In this document: positions 30,009 through 40,497 of the stretch, one piece after another
How positions within the stretch are numbered: position 1 is the first letter of the stretch
Layout: each line of letters starts with the position of its first letter
Assembly (NCBI GenBank): GCA_001464815.1
Contig: LNDW01000023.1
Coordinates: 15,529 to 79,528, forward strand
Direction of reading: 5' to 3'
DNA length: 64,000 nt
Source of the DNA: Betaproteobacteria bacterium Ga0077527
GTDB lineage: Bacteria; Pseudomonadota; Gammaproteobacteria; Burkholderiales; SG8-41
The notes under the pieces: generated by a model
Told to the model about the DNA's origin: nothing
Databases searched by the model: none
What the model saw: only the letters and a program-made list of their open reading frames with translations
Translations under genes and position numbers: made by a program

Positions 30009-31943
30009 AAAGTCCGAGGGCTGATGGCGGTCCTGCTTTGCACACTGGCCAACACCGCATTGGCTCAGTCGAACCCGGCCGCGCTCGACGAAGCTTTCGT
30101 CTCGGCACGTGAGGCGGCGCGGGTTGGTGACTCGAAGCGGCTTGAGCAACTCGCGCCACGCTTCCAGGGTCATGTGTTTGAGCCCTACATCCAGTACTGG
30201 CGCCTGCGCCAGCGTTTTGAGGCGCGTGACGCCGAAGAGATCCGCCGCTACATCAGCGCCAATGCCGATACGCCGCTGTCCGACCAGGTGCGCCGCGACT
30301 GGCTGAAACTGCTCGGCAGGAACGCGCAATGGGAAACCTTCAACACCGAGCTGCCCGCGGTGGTCGGCGAGGATGTCGAGCTCACCTGCTATGCGCTGCA
30401 GGCGCGCGCCCGCGTCGACAGCCTTGCGCTGCGCGAGGCGCGGCCGCTGTGGTTTGTCGCCCGTGACCTGCCGGCAAGCTGCGATCCGCTGTTCGACCGG
30501 CTGATTGAAACCAAGCAGCTTTCCGAGGAGGACATCTGGGCCCGCGTGCGGCTTGCGCTCGAGGCGGGACAGGCAGGCCTGGCCGGCCGGGTAGCCGCCG
30601 ATCTGCCCAAGGGCACGGCGCCGGATGTACGTGTGCTGGCTTCGATTTCCGGCAACCCCTCGGCCTACCTCAACGAGCCGCGCGGCGAATTGCGCACCCG
30701 GGCCGCGCGCGAGACCGTGATGTTCGCGGTGCACCGCCTGGCGCGCAGCTCGCCGCAGCAGGCGGCCGCGCACTGGGTCAAGCTCGCGCCGCGTTTTTCC
30801 GAGGAGGAGCGCGCCTATGTCTGGGGCATGATCGCCTACCTTGGCGCGATGCGCCATGACGCGCAGGCGCTGGAATGGTTTTCGCGCGCCGCCGACATGA
30901 GTGACCTGCAGAATGCCTGGCGCGTGCGCGCCGCGTTGCGCGCCAAGCGCTGGCCCGAAGTGCTGGCGGCGATCAACGCGATGACGCCGAAGGAGGCGGA
31001 AGACCCGGCGTGGCGGTACTGGAAGGCGCGCGCGCTGAAGGCCACCGGCCGCGACGCCGAGGCGCTGGCGCTGTTGAAGCCGCTCTCGGCGGATTTTAAT
31101 TTCTACGGCCAGCTCGCGCTGGAGGAGCTGGGTGGCTCGGTACAGTCGCCGCCGCTGGCTTACAGGGTTTCGGACGCCGACATCGCGGCGATTGCCGCGC
31201 GCCCGGGTATCCAGCGTTCACTGGCGCTGTTCCGCGTCGATGCGCGGCTCGAGGGCGTGCGTGAATGGCTGTGGGCGATCCGCGGCCTGAGCGACCGGCA
31301 GTTGCTCGCCGCCGCCGAGCTCGCCCGCCGCCACTCGATCTGGGACCGTGCAATCAACACCGCCGACCGCACCGTGTTCGAGCATGACTTCGGCCTGCGC
31401 TACCTCGCACCGTATCGCGAACAGTTGCGCGTTGCGGCGAAGCAGGTCGATCTCGACGAAGCCTGGGTCTACGGTTTGATCCGCCAGGAAAGCCGGTTTC
31501 TCGCGCAGGCGAAGTCGCGCGTTGGCGCCAGTGGCCTGATGCAGCTGATGCCGGCCACCGCCAAATGGGTCGCCGGCAAGATCGGCCTCAAGGACTGGCA
31601 CTGGGGCCAGGTCACCGATGTCGAGACCAATCTTAGTCTCGGCACCTATTACCTGCGCCATGTGCTCGATACTCTCGACGGCAGTCCGGTGATGGCCTCG
31701 GCGGCGTACAACGCCGGGCCCGGCCGCGCCCGCGCCTGGCGTGCCGACCAGTCGATGGAGGCGGCGATTTATGCCGAGTCGATTCCGTTCAACGAAACCC
31801 GGGACTACGTGAAGCGGGTGATGTCGAATTCCAGTTACTACGCCCACAACTTCAGCCAGCAACTGCAGTCGCTGCGCGCGCGCATCGGCACCATCGAGCC
31901 GCGTGCCCGCGACCGCGAAAAGCCGCTGGGTGATACCCCCTGA
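30003..31943 (+). CDS. slt: Soluble lytic murein transglycosylase
   Basis: 646 aa: signal peptide, superhelical U-domain, C-terminal SLT domain (IRQESRF, SGLMQLMP, AYNAGPG). Confidence 0.9.
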   Translation: MIKVRGLMAVLLCTLANTALAQSNPAALDEAFVSAREAARVGDSKRLEQLAPRFQGHVFEPYIQYWRLRQRFEARDAEEIRRYISANADTPLSDQVRRDWLKLLGRNAQWETFNTELPAVVGEDVELTCYALQARARVDSLALREARPLWFVARDLPASCDPLFDRLIETKQLSEEDIWARVRLALEAGQAGLAGRVAADLPKGTAPDVRVLASISGNPSAYLNEPRGELRTRAARETVMFAVHRLARSSPQQAAAHWVKLAPRFSEEERAYVWGMIAYLGAMRHDAQALEWFSRAADMSDLQNAWRVRAALRAKRWPEVLAAINAMTPKEAEDPAWRYWKARALKATGRDAEALALLKPLSADFNFYGQLALEELGGSVQSPPLAYRVSDADIAAIAARPGIQRSLALFRVDARLEGVREWLWAIRGLSDRQLLAAAELARRHSIWDRAINTADRTVFEHDFGLRYLAPYREQLRVAAKQVDLDEAWVYGLIRQESRFLAQAKSRVGASGLMQLMPATAKWVAGKIGLKDWHWGQVTDVETNLSLGTYYLRHVLDTLDGSPVMASAAYNAGPGRARAWRADQSMEAAIYAESIPFNETRDYVKRVMSNSSYYAHNFSQQLQSLRARIGTIEPRARDREKPLGDTP

Positions 31944-31961
31944 TTTTCCGAGCCAGGCCTC

Positions 31962-32900
31962 ATGTCCATCGAAAGCATCTGTGTCATCGGCGGTTCCGGT
32001 TTTGTCGGCCGCCAGATCTGCGAACGCCTCACCACCGCCGGCTACCGGGTGCGCGTGCCCACCCGCAACCGCGAACGTGCCAAGGCGCTGTTCCTGCTGC
32101 CGACGGTGGATGTGATCGAAGCCGATGTGCATGACGCGCAGGCACTGACCGCTGCGATCCGCGGCTGCGATGCGGTGATCAATCTGGTGGGTGTGCTGCA
32201 CGACGGCCGTGGCCGCGGCAGTTTTGCCACTGCCCATGTTGAACTCGCGCGCACCGTGGTTGCGGCCTGCCGCGCCGCCGGCGTGCGCCGCCTGCTGCAG
32301 ATGAGCGCGCTGGCCGCGGCGCCGGATGCCCCCAGTGCCTATCTGCGCAGCAAGGGCGAGGCCGAGCGCATCGTGCGCGACAGCGGACTCGACTGGACGA
32401 TCTTCCGGCCGTCGGTGGTCTTCGGGCCCGGCGACAGCTTCCTCAACCTGTTCGCGCTGCTGTCGCGGCTGATGCCGGTGCTCGCGCTGGCCGCACCGGA
32501 TGCAAAATTCCAGCCGGTGTATGCCGGCGATGTCGCCGAAGCTTTTGCCCGGGCATTGACGGAGCGCGGCAGCTATGGCGGCAGCTACGACCTCTGTGGG
32601 CCGAAGCGCTACACCCTGCGTGAACTGGTGGCCTGGGTGGGCCGCATCACCGGCCGGCCTCGGCCGATCATCGGCCTCGGTGCGACGCTGTCATACTGCC
32701 AGGCACTGGCGATGGAACTGCTGCCGGTGAAACTGATGACCCGCGACAACCTGCGCTCGATGGCGGTGGACAACGTCAGCGACCAGGCCTTTCCTTTCGG
32801 CATCCGCGCCCGCGCGCTGGAAGCGCTGGCGCCGGACTGGTTGTGCGAGGACAACCCGCGCGCGGCCTACGACCGGATGCGCAGCCGCGCCGGCCGCTAG
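31962..32900 (+). CDS. NAD(P)H-binding SDR, complex I NDUFA9-like family
   Basis: 312 aa with the GGSGFVG Rossmann motif and atypical-SDR layout. Confidence 0.75.
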   Translation: MSIESICVIGGSGFVGRQICERLTTAGYRVRVPTRNRERAKALFLLPTVDVIEADVHDAQALTAAIRGCDAVINLVGVLHDGRGRGSFATAHVELARTVVAACRAAGVRRLLQMSALAAAPDAPSAYLRSKGEAERIVRDSGLDWTIFRPSVVFGPGDSFLNLFALLSRLMPVLALAAPDAKFQPVYAGDVAEAFARALTERGSYGGSYDLCGPKRYTLRELVAWVGRITGRPRPIIGLGATLSYCQALAMELLPVKLMTRDNLRSMAVDNVSDQAFPFGIRARALEALAPDWLCEDNPRAAYDRMRSRAGR

Positions 32901-32918
32901 CCGCGGAAAGGGCGGCAC

Positions 32919-34019
32919 ATGAAAATCTATGTGGTCGGCGGCGCGGTGCGCGACGAGCTGCTTGGACTGCCGGTGCAGGATCGCGACTATGTGGTGGTTG
33001 GTGCCACGCCCGAGGAGATGATCAGTCAGGGCTTCAAGCCGGTGGGCCGCGATTTTCCGGTGTTCCTGCACCCGGAGACCCATGAGGAGTACGCACTGGC
33101 GCGCACCGAACGCAAGACCGCGCCGGGTTACCACGGCTTCACCTTCCATGCCGCACCGGATGTCACGCTGGAGCAGGACCTTCAGCGCCGCGATCTCACC
33201 ATCAATGCGATGGCAAGGGATGACGATGGCCGGCTGATCGATCCCTACCATGGCGCCGAAGACCTCGGCGAGGGCCTGCTGCGCCATGTCAGCGACGCCT
33301 TTGCCGAAGACCCGGTGCGTATCCTGCGTGTGGCGCGTTTTGCCGCGCGCTTCGGTTTCAGCGTGGCGCCGGAAACCGAAACGCTGATGCAGCAGATGGT
33401 CGGGGCCGGTGAAGCGGATGCGCTGGTCGCGGAACGGGTGTGGCAGGAACTGGCGAAGGGGCTGATGGAGCGCGCACCTTCGACACTGTTCGCAGTGCTG
33501 CGCGACTGCGGCGCGCTGTCTCGGGTGCTGCCGCAGCTCGATGCCTTGTATGAAGAGGCGGCGATACAGGATGCGTTGGCTGCGCTGGATGCCGCTGCCG
33601 CGGCGAAGACCGGGCTCGAGGTGCGAGTCGCCGCGCTGCTGCGCGTGCTGCAGCCGGACGCGATCGAGGCGCTCTCGGCGCGGCTGCGCCTGCCGGCAAA
33701 CTGCCGCGACCTCGCGCTGCTCGCATCGCGCCACGGCAATACGCTGGCCGATGCCGCCGCGCTGGATGGGCAGGAACTGTTCGAAGTCATGGACGCAGCT
33801 GATGCCTGGCGGCGCCCGGAGCGTTTTTGCGAACTGGTCGAGGCTGCGCTCGCCGGCGAAGCCGAAGCTGCGCCGGCGCGTGCCCGCCTGCTGCGTGCAC
33901 ATCGGGCTGCGCTGGCGGTGGATGCCGGCGCGGTGGCGCGGACACAGTCCGGGGCCGATGCGATCAAGGCGGCGGTGGCTGCGGCGCGCCTGGACGCCAT
34001 TCGCAACTCAATAAAATAA
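32919..34019 (+). CDS. cca: CCA-adding tRNA nucleotidyltransferase, short form lacking HD motifs
   Basis: N-terminal VGGAVRD...RDLTINA polymerase-beta motifs. It is 366 aa rather than about 410, and the region where E. coli Cca has its HD/HHGH residues is Ala-rich with no HD motif. Confidence 0.85.
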   Translation: MKIYVVGGAVRDELLGLPVQDRDYVVVGATPEEMISQGFKPVGRDFPVFLHPETHEEYALARTERKTAPGYHGFTFHAAPDVTLEQDLQRRDLTINAMARDDDGRLIDPYHGAEDLGEGLLRHVSDAFAEDPVRILRVARFAARFGFSVAPETETLMQQMVGAGEADALVAERVWQELAKGLMERAPSTLFAVLRDCGALSRVLPQLDALYEEAAIQDALAALDAAAAAKTGLEVRVAALLRVLQPDAIEALSARLRLPANCRDLALLASRHGNTLADAAALDGQELFEVMDAADAWRRPERFCELVEAALAGEAEAAPARARLLRAHRAALAVDAGAVARTQSGADAIKAAVAAARLDAIRNSIK

Positions 34020-34040
34020 TAAATAAAACAATGACTTATG
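34007..34040 (-). repeat. AT-rich element, family member D
   Basis: The minus strand reads CATAAGTCATTGTTTTATTTATTATTTTATTGAG. It is collinear with member E, including the terminal TTGAG, and covers the last codons of cca. Confidence 0.5.
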
Positions 34041-34077
34041 TAACATCATCAAGTATCACTGCGAAAGGAACAACGTA

Positions 34078-34701
34078 ATGATCGACTTCTACACCTGGAC
34101 CACACCCAACGGCCGCAAGGTCTCGATCATGCTCGAGGAATGCGGTCTGCCGTACCGCACCCATGCGGTGAACATCGGCAAGAACGAACAGTTCACGCCG
34201 GAATTCATCGCGATCAATCCCAACAGCAAGATCCCGGCGATTGTTGATCCCGACGGTCCCGATGGAAAACCGATGTCGCTGATGGAGTCCGGCGCGATCC
34301 TGGTCTACCTCGCCGGCAAGACCGGCAAGTTTCTGCCGCAGGCGGTGCGCGGGCGTTATGAAGCGCTGCAGTGGCTGATGTTCCAGATGGGGGGTGTCGG
34401 CCCGATGTTCGGCCAGGTGCACCATTTCCTGCGCGCGGCAAAAGAGCCGGTGCCGTACGCGATCGAGCGTTACACCACGGAAACGCGCCGCCTCTACGGT
34501 GTACTCGACGCCCATCTCGCGAAAAACGAATGGCTGGGTGGCGGCGAATACACCATCGCCGAAATGGCGACCTATCCCTGGGTCGCGCGCCACGAATGGC
34601 ACAAGACCGACCTCAATGATTTCCGCAACGTGAAGCGCTGGTACGACGTGATCTCGGCGCGGCCCGCGGTGCAGCGCGGGATGGCAGTGCCGCAGGTCTG
34701 A
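34078..34701 (+). CDS. yfcG: Nu-class glutathione S-transferase (YfcG-like)
   Basis: 207 aa, near-collinear with E. coli YfcG (MID.Y...TPNG.K, NKIPAIVD, ESGAIL.YLA). Confidence 0.85.
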   Translation: MIDFYTWTTPNGRKVSIMLEECGLPYRTHAVNIGKNEQFTPEFIAINPNSKIPAIVDPDGPDGKPMSLMESGAILVYLAGKTGKFLPQAVRGRYEALQWLMFQMGGVGPMFGQVHHFLRAAKEPVPYAIERYTTETRRLYGVLDAHLAKNEWLGGGEYTIAEMATYPWVARHEWHKTDLNDFRNVKRWYDVISARPAVQRGMAVPQV

Positions 34702-34716
34702 ACGCCAGGGTGCAGC

Positions 34717-35400
34717 TCAGCGCCGTGCGTATTGCTGCAGCAGGCGCAGGATTTCCGCGGTGTCGAGCTCGGGGTTGGTGCGCAGCGCGGCAACACCGGT
34801 GACGGTGTTGGCCCAGGCCATGTGACCCTGCATGCGTTTCACCACCGCCGGCCATTCGCGCGCGCTGTGGCGCTGCGGGTCGGGCAGGGCGTGGCACTGT
34901 GAGCAGGCGATGCTGAACATCTGGCCGCTTCGGCTGCGCAGCGCGGGATGCCGCGGGTCGATTTCACGCTGGCCGTGTTTGCGCAGGTAGGCGGTCAACG
35001 CCGCCAGCTCGGCATCGGTCGGCGCCTGCACCTGCGCCATCATGTCTTTCATCAGCGCGCCCATGTTGCCGCGGCCCTGCATCCGCCACACCATGCGCTC
35101 GACCAGCGGCTGCCAGCGTTCCGGCGCATGCATCTGCGGATTGGGCAGGTGGTGGCATTGCACGCAGTAGCGCGCAGTGAGCCGCGCACCTTCGGAGGCA
35201 GGCTCCGGCAACTGCTGTGGCGTGACAGAGGGCGGCAGGATGCGTTCGAGCATGCGGCCGTGCGGGCTTTGCGCCCACAGTGTCTGCGCACGTTCAATTT
35301 CACCGGCGGCGTGACCGCTCAGCGGCAGCAGTGCTGCAATGAGGCAGGTATAAAACTTGATCACGGCATCCGGCTCCACAGATCGGCCAGTCGGTATCAT
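34717..35400 (-). CDS. Dihaem c-type cytochrome
   Basis: Two CxxCH motifs (CVQCH, CSQCH). A GTG at 35364 preceded by GGAG would give the signal peptide MIKFYTCLIAALLPLSGHA and may be the real start. Confidence 0.75.
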   Translation of the reverse strand: MIPTGRSVEPDAVIKFYTCLIAALLPLSGHAAGEIERAQTLWAQSPHGRMLERILPPSVTPQQLPEPASEGARLTARYCVQCHHLPNPQMHAPERWQPLVERMVWRMQGRGNMGALMKDMMAQVQAPTDAELAALTAYLRKHGQREIDPRHPALRSRSGQMFSIACSQCHALPDPQRHSAREWPAVVKRMQGHMAWANTVTGVAALRTNPELDTAEILRLLQQYARR

Positions 35401-35401
35401 C

Positions 35402-36184
35402 TTAGCGCAGGAACCAACCCCACAGACTCTGCCCGATCAGCAGCAGGGCAATCAGCAGCAGCACCCGGCGCAGGATGCGGGTATAGGTCTGCGCGCTGAT
35501 CCGTTTCTGCAGCAGCAAGCCCAGCCCCATGCCGCCCAGCGCAACCAGCGTCAGCGGGATGTTGGCCAGGGCGGCAGCGACCTGAATCTCGCCGGCGGCA
35601 CCGAGCGTCGCCGCCTGCACCACCTTGCCGCCGATGAAGCAGAGATTGAGGATCTGCGTCATCACCGTGGCTTCGACACCGAGCAGCATGAAGTAGATCA
35701 GCAGCGGCGGCAGCGAGTTGTTGACGCTGCCCGAAAAAAATCCGCCGGTGAGTCCGAACACGCCGGCCGCGCTGCGCGGATAACGGATCAGCCAGGACCA
35801 GTCGAGTTTCGCCAGCTGTTGCTGGTAGAGATAGGCGAAGATCATCAACGCCAGCAGCAGGCGTACCGGTTCCTGTGGCGCGAGGATCAGGAATGCCGCG
35901 CCAATGAAGGCGCCGATCAGCGTGTACACCGCCACCGGCCAGTAGGTGCCGAGGCTGTCTTTCCAGTTGCCGCCGCGCAGGATGCTGATCAGGTTGACGG
36001 TGAAGTTGGGCAGCAGGTTGAGGATGATCGCGGTCTTGACATCGAACATCAACACCAGCAACGGTGTCGAGATTGCAGGGAAGCCGAAGCCCAGTGCGCC
36101 TTGCGTCACACCTGCGAGCAGCAGCACCGCAGCGACTGCCAGCCACAGCTCGACGGTCAGCGCAGTTTCGAATCCGGAGATCAC
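35402..36184 (-). CDS. TauE/SafE (TSUP) family anion exporter
   Basis: 260-aa polytopic membrane protein with the duplicated TSUP pattern; 4-nt overlap with the upstream midA-like gene. Confidence 0.8.
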   Translation of the reverse strand: MISGFETALTVELWLAVAAVLLLAGVTQGALGFGFPAISTPLLVLMFDVKTAIILNLLPNFTVNLISILRGGNWKDSLGTYWPVAVYTLIGAFIGAAFLILAPQEPVRLLLALMIFAYLYQQQLAKLDWSWLIRYPRSAAGVFGLTGGFFSGSVNNSLPPLLIYFMLLGVEATVMTQILNLCFIGGKVVQAATLGAAGEIQVAAALANIPLTLVALGGMGLGLLLQKRISAQTYTRILRRVLLLIALLLIGQSLWGWFLR

Positions 36185-37365
36185 AGGCTGTGCGACTTGT
36201 CGCCGCGGATGAATCCGCGCAGCGGCGAGGCGATGCCGCGGCCGAAGGCGATGACCTTGAACAGCTCGCCCATTTCCGCCGGAGACAGCAGTTTCTGCAC
36301 GGCAGAGGCCAACGGCGCGTAACGTGCGGCATCGGCGGCTGGCACTTCAGAGAGTAAATCGGTGATGCCGCAGTTGATCAGGAATTGCGCCTGGTTGGCG
36401 TAGCCGAGCAGATCAAGACCATGGCTGGTTGCTGCGAGTGCGCTGAAATCCACATGCGCGGTGATGTCCTGCAGTCCCGGCCACAGGAAGGGATCGCCAT
36501 GCGCGGTGTGGCGGTAGTGGCACATCAGCGTGCCGCGGTCGCGCTGCGGGTGGAAATATTCGTGTGCCGGGAATCCGTAGTCGAAAAAAAGGGCTGCACC
36601 GCGGATGAGGCGCCGGCCCAGCTCGCCCAGCAGGGCGGGGGCCGCGAGGTTGAGTTCGGTTTCGTAATCGTCGGGCAGGTCAGCGGGCATGGCGGCCGTG
36701 AGTGCGGCGGTGGCGGGGCGTGTTGCCCAGGCAAGCTGGCCATCTGACAGCGTCACGCCGAGTTCCAGCCAGCGCCCATCTGCGCGGCGCAGCCGGTGCA
36801 CCGGCATCGCATCAAGCACTTCGTTGCCGATCACCACAGCCGAAAAGGATGCGGGCAGTTCATCCAGCCATTCGACGCGGGCAGCGAGTTGTGGTGCGCG
36901 CTCAAGGATCAGTTGTTGCTGGCGCTGGCGCAGGTCGGCGCTGACCTCGAGGATGCGGTAGCGCACCGGCAGCCGTCCCAGGGTTTCCAGGTCGGTGAGC
37001 AGTGTTGCGGCCAGCGTGCCGCGGCCGGCGCCGAGTTCGACGATGTCGGTCACGTCTTCACGGATCAGGTCGGCGACCTGGCGTGCCAGCGTGCGGCCGA
37101 ACAGCGGTGAGAGCTCAGGCGCGGTGACAAAGTCGCCGCCACCGCCAATCTTGCGGCTGCCGGCGCTGTAATAACCGAGCCCCGGCTCGTACAGCGCGAG
37201 GTGCATATAGCGGTCAAAGCCGATCCAGCCGCCGGCGGTGGTGATTTCGGCATCGATCAGCGCGCGCAACTGTGCGCTGACGGCAAGGGTTTCGGGGTCG
37301 GGCCGCGGCGGTGCGGCAGGCGTGGGCAGAACAGGCACCGCGGGATAATACGCTAAACTAAACAA
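36181..37365 (-). CDS. MidA/NDUFAF7-family SAM-dependent methyltransferase (DUF185)
   Basis: 394 aa with the GDFVTAPELSPLFG and ELGAGRGTL motifs; TTG start within an AT-rich patch. Confidence 0.8.
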   Translation of the reverse strand: MFSLAYYPAVPVLPTPAAPPRPDPETLAVSAQLRALIDAEITTAGGWIGFDRYMHLALYEPGLGYYSAGSRKIGGGGDFVTAPELSPLFGRTLARQVADLIREDVTDIVELGAGRGTLAATLLTDLETLGRLPVRYRILEVSADLRQRQQQLILERAPQLAARVEWLDELPASFSAVVIGNEVLDAMPVHRLRRADGRWLELGVTLSDGQLAWATRPATAALTAAMPADLPDDYETELNLAAPALLGELGRRLIRGAALFFDYGFPAHEYFHPQRDRGTLMCHYRHTAHGDPFLWPGLQDITAHVDFSALAATSHGLDLLGYANQAQFLINCGITDLLSEVPAADAARYAPLASAVQKLLSPAEMGELFKVIAFGRGIASPLRGFIRGDKSHSL

Positions 37366-37374
37366 TCATTTACG
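37345..37374 (-). repeat. AT-rich element, weaker family member G
   Basis: The minus strand reads CGTAAATGATTGTTTAGTTTAGCGTATTAT and contains the ATTGTTT core. It covers the start codon and first 6 codons of the midA-like gene. Confidence 0.35.
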
Positions 37375-37396
37375 AAGGGTTCAGGGTGGACAAAAC

Positions 37397-38146
37397 ATGA
37401 GCGATGCACTGCATGGCCAATGCGCACTGGTGACCGGTGCCGCGCGCCGCGTCGGTGCCGCGATCGTACGCCGGCTGCATGCCGCGGGCGCCAACGTCGT
37501 GGTGCATTGCCATCGTTCGCGCTCCGAGGCCGGAGCGCTGGCCTCGGAGCTGAATGCGATACGCGCGGCTTCGGCGGCGGTCGTGGTGGCCGACCTGCTC
37601 GATACTGCGGCGCTGCCGGATCTGGTGCGGCAGTCCCTTGCCGCCTTTGGACGTCTCGATCTGCTGGTCAACAATGCTTCCAGCTTTTACGCCACGCCAC
37701 TGGCCGATGTGGACGAAACGCAGTGGCAGGACCTGATCGGCAGCAATCTCAAGGCGCCGCTGTTTCTTGTGCGCGCCGCGGCACCGTCGCTGCGCGAGCA
37801 GGGCGGCGCGATTGTCAACATCATCGATATCCATTCCGAGCGGCCGATGCGTGATCACGTGATCTACAACGCCGCCAAGGGCGGGCTCGCCGCGCTGACT
37901 AGGGCGCTGGCGCTGGATCTGGGGCCGCGGGTGCGGGTCAACGGGGTTTCCCCCGGAGCCATCGTCTGGCCCGAGGCCGGGGCATGGGAAAATACCGTCG
38001 AGCGCGAGGCAATCATCCGTCGCACCATCCTTGGCCGCACCGGCGAACCGGAGGACATTGCCGGTGCGGTGCTGTATCTCGCCGGCGCGCCCTATGTCAC
38101 CGGACAGATCCTCGCCGTCGACGGCGGCCGCAGCATCGTGCTCTAG
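37397..38146 (+). CDS. Short-chain dehydrogenase, pteridine-reductase-like
   Basis: 249 aa with TGAARRVG and YxxxK motifs; layout resembles FolM/PTR1-type SDRs. Confidence 0.75.
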   Translation: MSDALHGQCALVTGAARRVGAAIVRRLHAAGANVVVHCHRSRSEAGALASELNAIRAASAAVVVADLLDTAALPDLVRQSLAAFGRLDLLVNNASSFYATPLADVDETQWQDLIGSNLKAPLFLVRAAAPSLREQGGAIVNIIDIHSERPMRDHVIYNAAKGGLAALTRALALDLGPRVRVNGVSPGAIVWPEAGAWENTVEREAIIRRTILGRTGEPEDIAGAVLYLAGAPYVTGQILAVDGGRSIVL

Positions 38147-38165
38147 CCCAACACGGAAGCCATCC

Positions 38166-39035
38166 ATGGAAACCCAGGTCATCACCATCACCCCGCGCAG
38201 CAATCGCGAGCGCCGGGATCAGTATGAATCGCACAAGCTGGAGAAGCGGCTGCGCCGCCTCGCCGGCCAGGCCATCGCCGATTTCGACATGATCGGCGAT
38301 GGCGACAAGGTGATGGCCTGCCTGTCCGGCGGCAAGGACAGCTACGCGATGCTCGATATCCTGCTCCACCTGCGCAGCCGCGCGCCGGTGAATTTCGACA
38401 TCGTCGCCGTCAACCTCGACCAGAAGCAGCCGGGTTTCCCCGAGCATGTGCTGCCCGAATACCTGACGCAACTGGGTGTGCCGTTCCACATCGAAAATCA
38501 GGACACCTACAGCATCGTCAAGCGGGTGATTCCCGAGGGCAAGACCATGTGCTCGCTGTGTTCACGGCTGCGCCGCGGTGTGTTGTACCGCGTGGCGCAG
38601 GAACTCGGTGCGACACGGATCGCGCTGGGCCACCACCGCGACGACATCCTGCAGACTTTTTTTCTCAACCTGTTTTTCGGCGGCAAGCTGAAGACCATGC
38701 CGCCGAAGCTGGTTTCCGATGATGGCCGCAACGTGGTGATCCGCCCGCTCGCCTATTGCGAGGAGCGCGACCTTGAGGCCTATGCCGGACTGCGGCAGTT
38801 CCCGATCATTCCCTGCACGCTGTGCGGCTCTCAGGAAAACCTCAAGCGCAAGGAAGTAAAGGCCATGTTGAATGAATGGGAAAGACGTTTTCCGGGCCGC
38901 GTCGAATCCATGTTCACCAGCCTGCAGAATGTAATTCCATCGCATTTGCTGGACCGCCAGCTGGTCGACTTTGCGTCAATCCGCGCCACCGGCACACCCG
39001 TTCCCGATGGTGATACGGCGTTTGATGGTGATTGA
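38166..39035 (+). CDS. ttcA: tRNA 2-thiocytidine(32) synthetase TtcA
   Basis: PP-loop SGGKDS and CxxC pairs ([17 protein letters not shown]). Start trimmed to METQV at 38166. Confidence 0.92.
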   Translation: METQVITITPRSNRERRDQYESHKLEKRLRRLAGQAIADFDMIGDGDKVMACLSGGKDSYAMLDILLHLRSRAPVNFDIVAVNLDQKQPGFPEHVLPEYLTQLGVPFHIENQDTYSIVKRVIPEGKTMCSLCSRLRRGVLYRVAQELGATRIALGHHRDDILQTFFLNLFFGGKLKTMPPKLVSDDGRNVVIRPLAYCEERDLEAYAGLRQFPIIPCTLCGSQENLKRKEVKAMLNEWERRFPGRVESMFTSLQNVIPSHLLDRQLVDFASIRATGTPVPDGDTAFDGD

Positions 39036-39206
39036 CGTTTCAAGCTGAGACAAGTTCAGCACAGGCTTAGAAAAAACTGAGCTGGTTACCGGGAACCAAA
39101 TTCGCCGGCCTGCACTCTCAGTCCCGTTCTGCAGCGGGGGATGATCACCACGGTGATGATCTTTCCGCGGCAATCATCAATTCAATTCCTATGTCAGGGG
39201 CGGGCC

Positions 39207-40493
39207 GTGCGCAGCATGTTGTGGGCGACGTTGATCGTGTTGTGTCTGGCGGGACCGGCATTTGCCGCAGAAGCGCCGGCGAAACCGTCCGCCGTGCCGG
39301 TGCCTGTTGCGGCACCGGTGACGCGGGTGACACTGCCCCAGGCACTGGCCGCGGTGCAGACCCACAATCCCGAGCTTGCAGCTGCGGTCCAGCAGCGCGC
39401 CGTTGCCGCCGCCGAAACCCGCATCGCCGCGGCTTATCCGAATCCTGAGCTCAGTGTGTCCACCGGGCGCTGGCAACCGCGGGCGAACACGCCTCCGGCC
39501 GGCAGCACGCAGCAATTGACGGTGGCACAACCCGTCGAACTGCCGGCGGTACGCGAAGCGCGTGCCCGTGCCGCCGGTTTTGGTGTCAGCGCAGCCGACG
39601 CCAATGTCGAGTTGGTGCGCATCGATATCGGTTTTGATGCCCGCGCCGCTTTTTTCCAGTTGCTGCGCCGTCAGGAGGAGGCCCGGCTGGCGGCCGAGAA
39701 TCTGACGCTGCTCAATGACATCCTCGGGCGTGTGCGCAGCCGGGTTGATGCCGGCGAGGCGCCGCGCTTCGAACTGGTGCGCGCGGAGGCCGAGGTGCTG
39801 TCCGCACGTACTGCCGCCGATGCCGCGCGGCTGATGGTCGAAGAAGCACGCGGACTGCTGCGCCGTCTGGCCGGCAACGCGCTGCCGATGCAGTTCGAAG
39901 CCAGCGGTGTCTTGCCGCCCGCAGCCACGCTGCCCGATCTGGCGCTGGTGCAGGGGCGCATGCTTGATGCAAGCCCCCGCCTGCGTGTGCTCGCGGCGGA
40001 ATCAGACCGGCTGCGCGCGCGCCTCGACCAGGAACGCGCCCTGCGCCTGCCCCAGCCGGTGATCAGCCTGTCGCAGGCGCAGGACCCGGAGAATCGCCAA
40101 AGAATGCTCGGCATCAGCCTGCCCCTGCCGATGTGGAATCGCCGCGAGGGCCAGATTGCACAGGCCCAGGCCAGCATCGATCTCGCGCTGACGCAGATCG
40201 AGGCGCAGCGTGCGCAATTGCTGCGTGAACTGGATGCCGCCTATTCGCGGGCGAGCATCGTGCAGCGTCAGGTTGAAACTTATGAAAGCGGGCTGCTGAA
40301 AAGCGCCGAGGCCGCGCTGCGCGTGGCCGAAGCCGCATGGCGTTTCGGCGAGCGCAGTTTCCTCGAGGTGCTCGACGCCCAGCGCACGCTGCGTGGCGTG
40401 CGCCGCGACTACAACCAGGCGCGGTTTGACCGTTATGCCGCGTGGATCGACATCGAACGCCTGCAGGGCCAGGACCCGTTCAGTGAAAGGTAA
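39207..40493 (+). CDS. Outer-membrane efflux protein (CzcC/TolC family)
   Basis: Signal peptide MRSMLWATLIVLCLAGPAFA after a GTG start with AGGGG SD (alternative ATG at 39216); duplicated OEP repeat. Confidence 0.85.
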   Translation: MRSMLWATLIVLCLAGPAFAAEAPAKPSAVPVPVAAPVTRVTLPQALAAVQTHNPELAAAVQQRAVAAAETRIAAAYPNPELSVSTGRWQPRANTPPAGSTQQLTVAQPVELPAVREARARAAGFGVSAADANVELVRIDIGFDARAAFFQLLRRQEEARLAAENLTLLNDILGRVRSRVDAGEAPRFELVRAEAEVLSARTAADAARLMVEEARGLLRRLAGNALPMQFEASGVLPPAATLPDLALVQGRMLDASPRLRVLAAESDRLRARLDQERALRLPQPVISLSQAQDPENRQRMLGISLPLPMWNRREGQIAQAQASIDLALTQIEAQRAQLLRELDAAYSRASIVQRQVETYESGLLKSAEAALRVAEAAWRFGERSFLEVLDAQRTLRGVRRDYNQARFDRYAAWIDIERLQGQDPFSER

Positions 40494-40497
40494 AACG

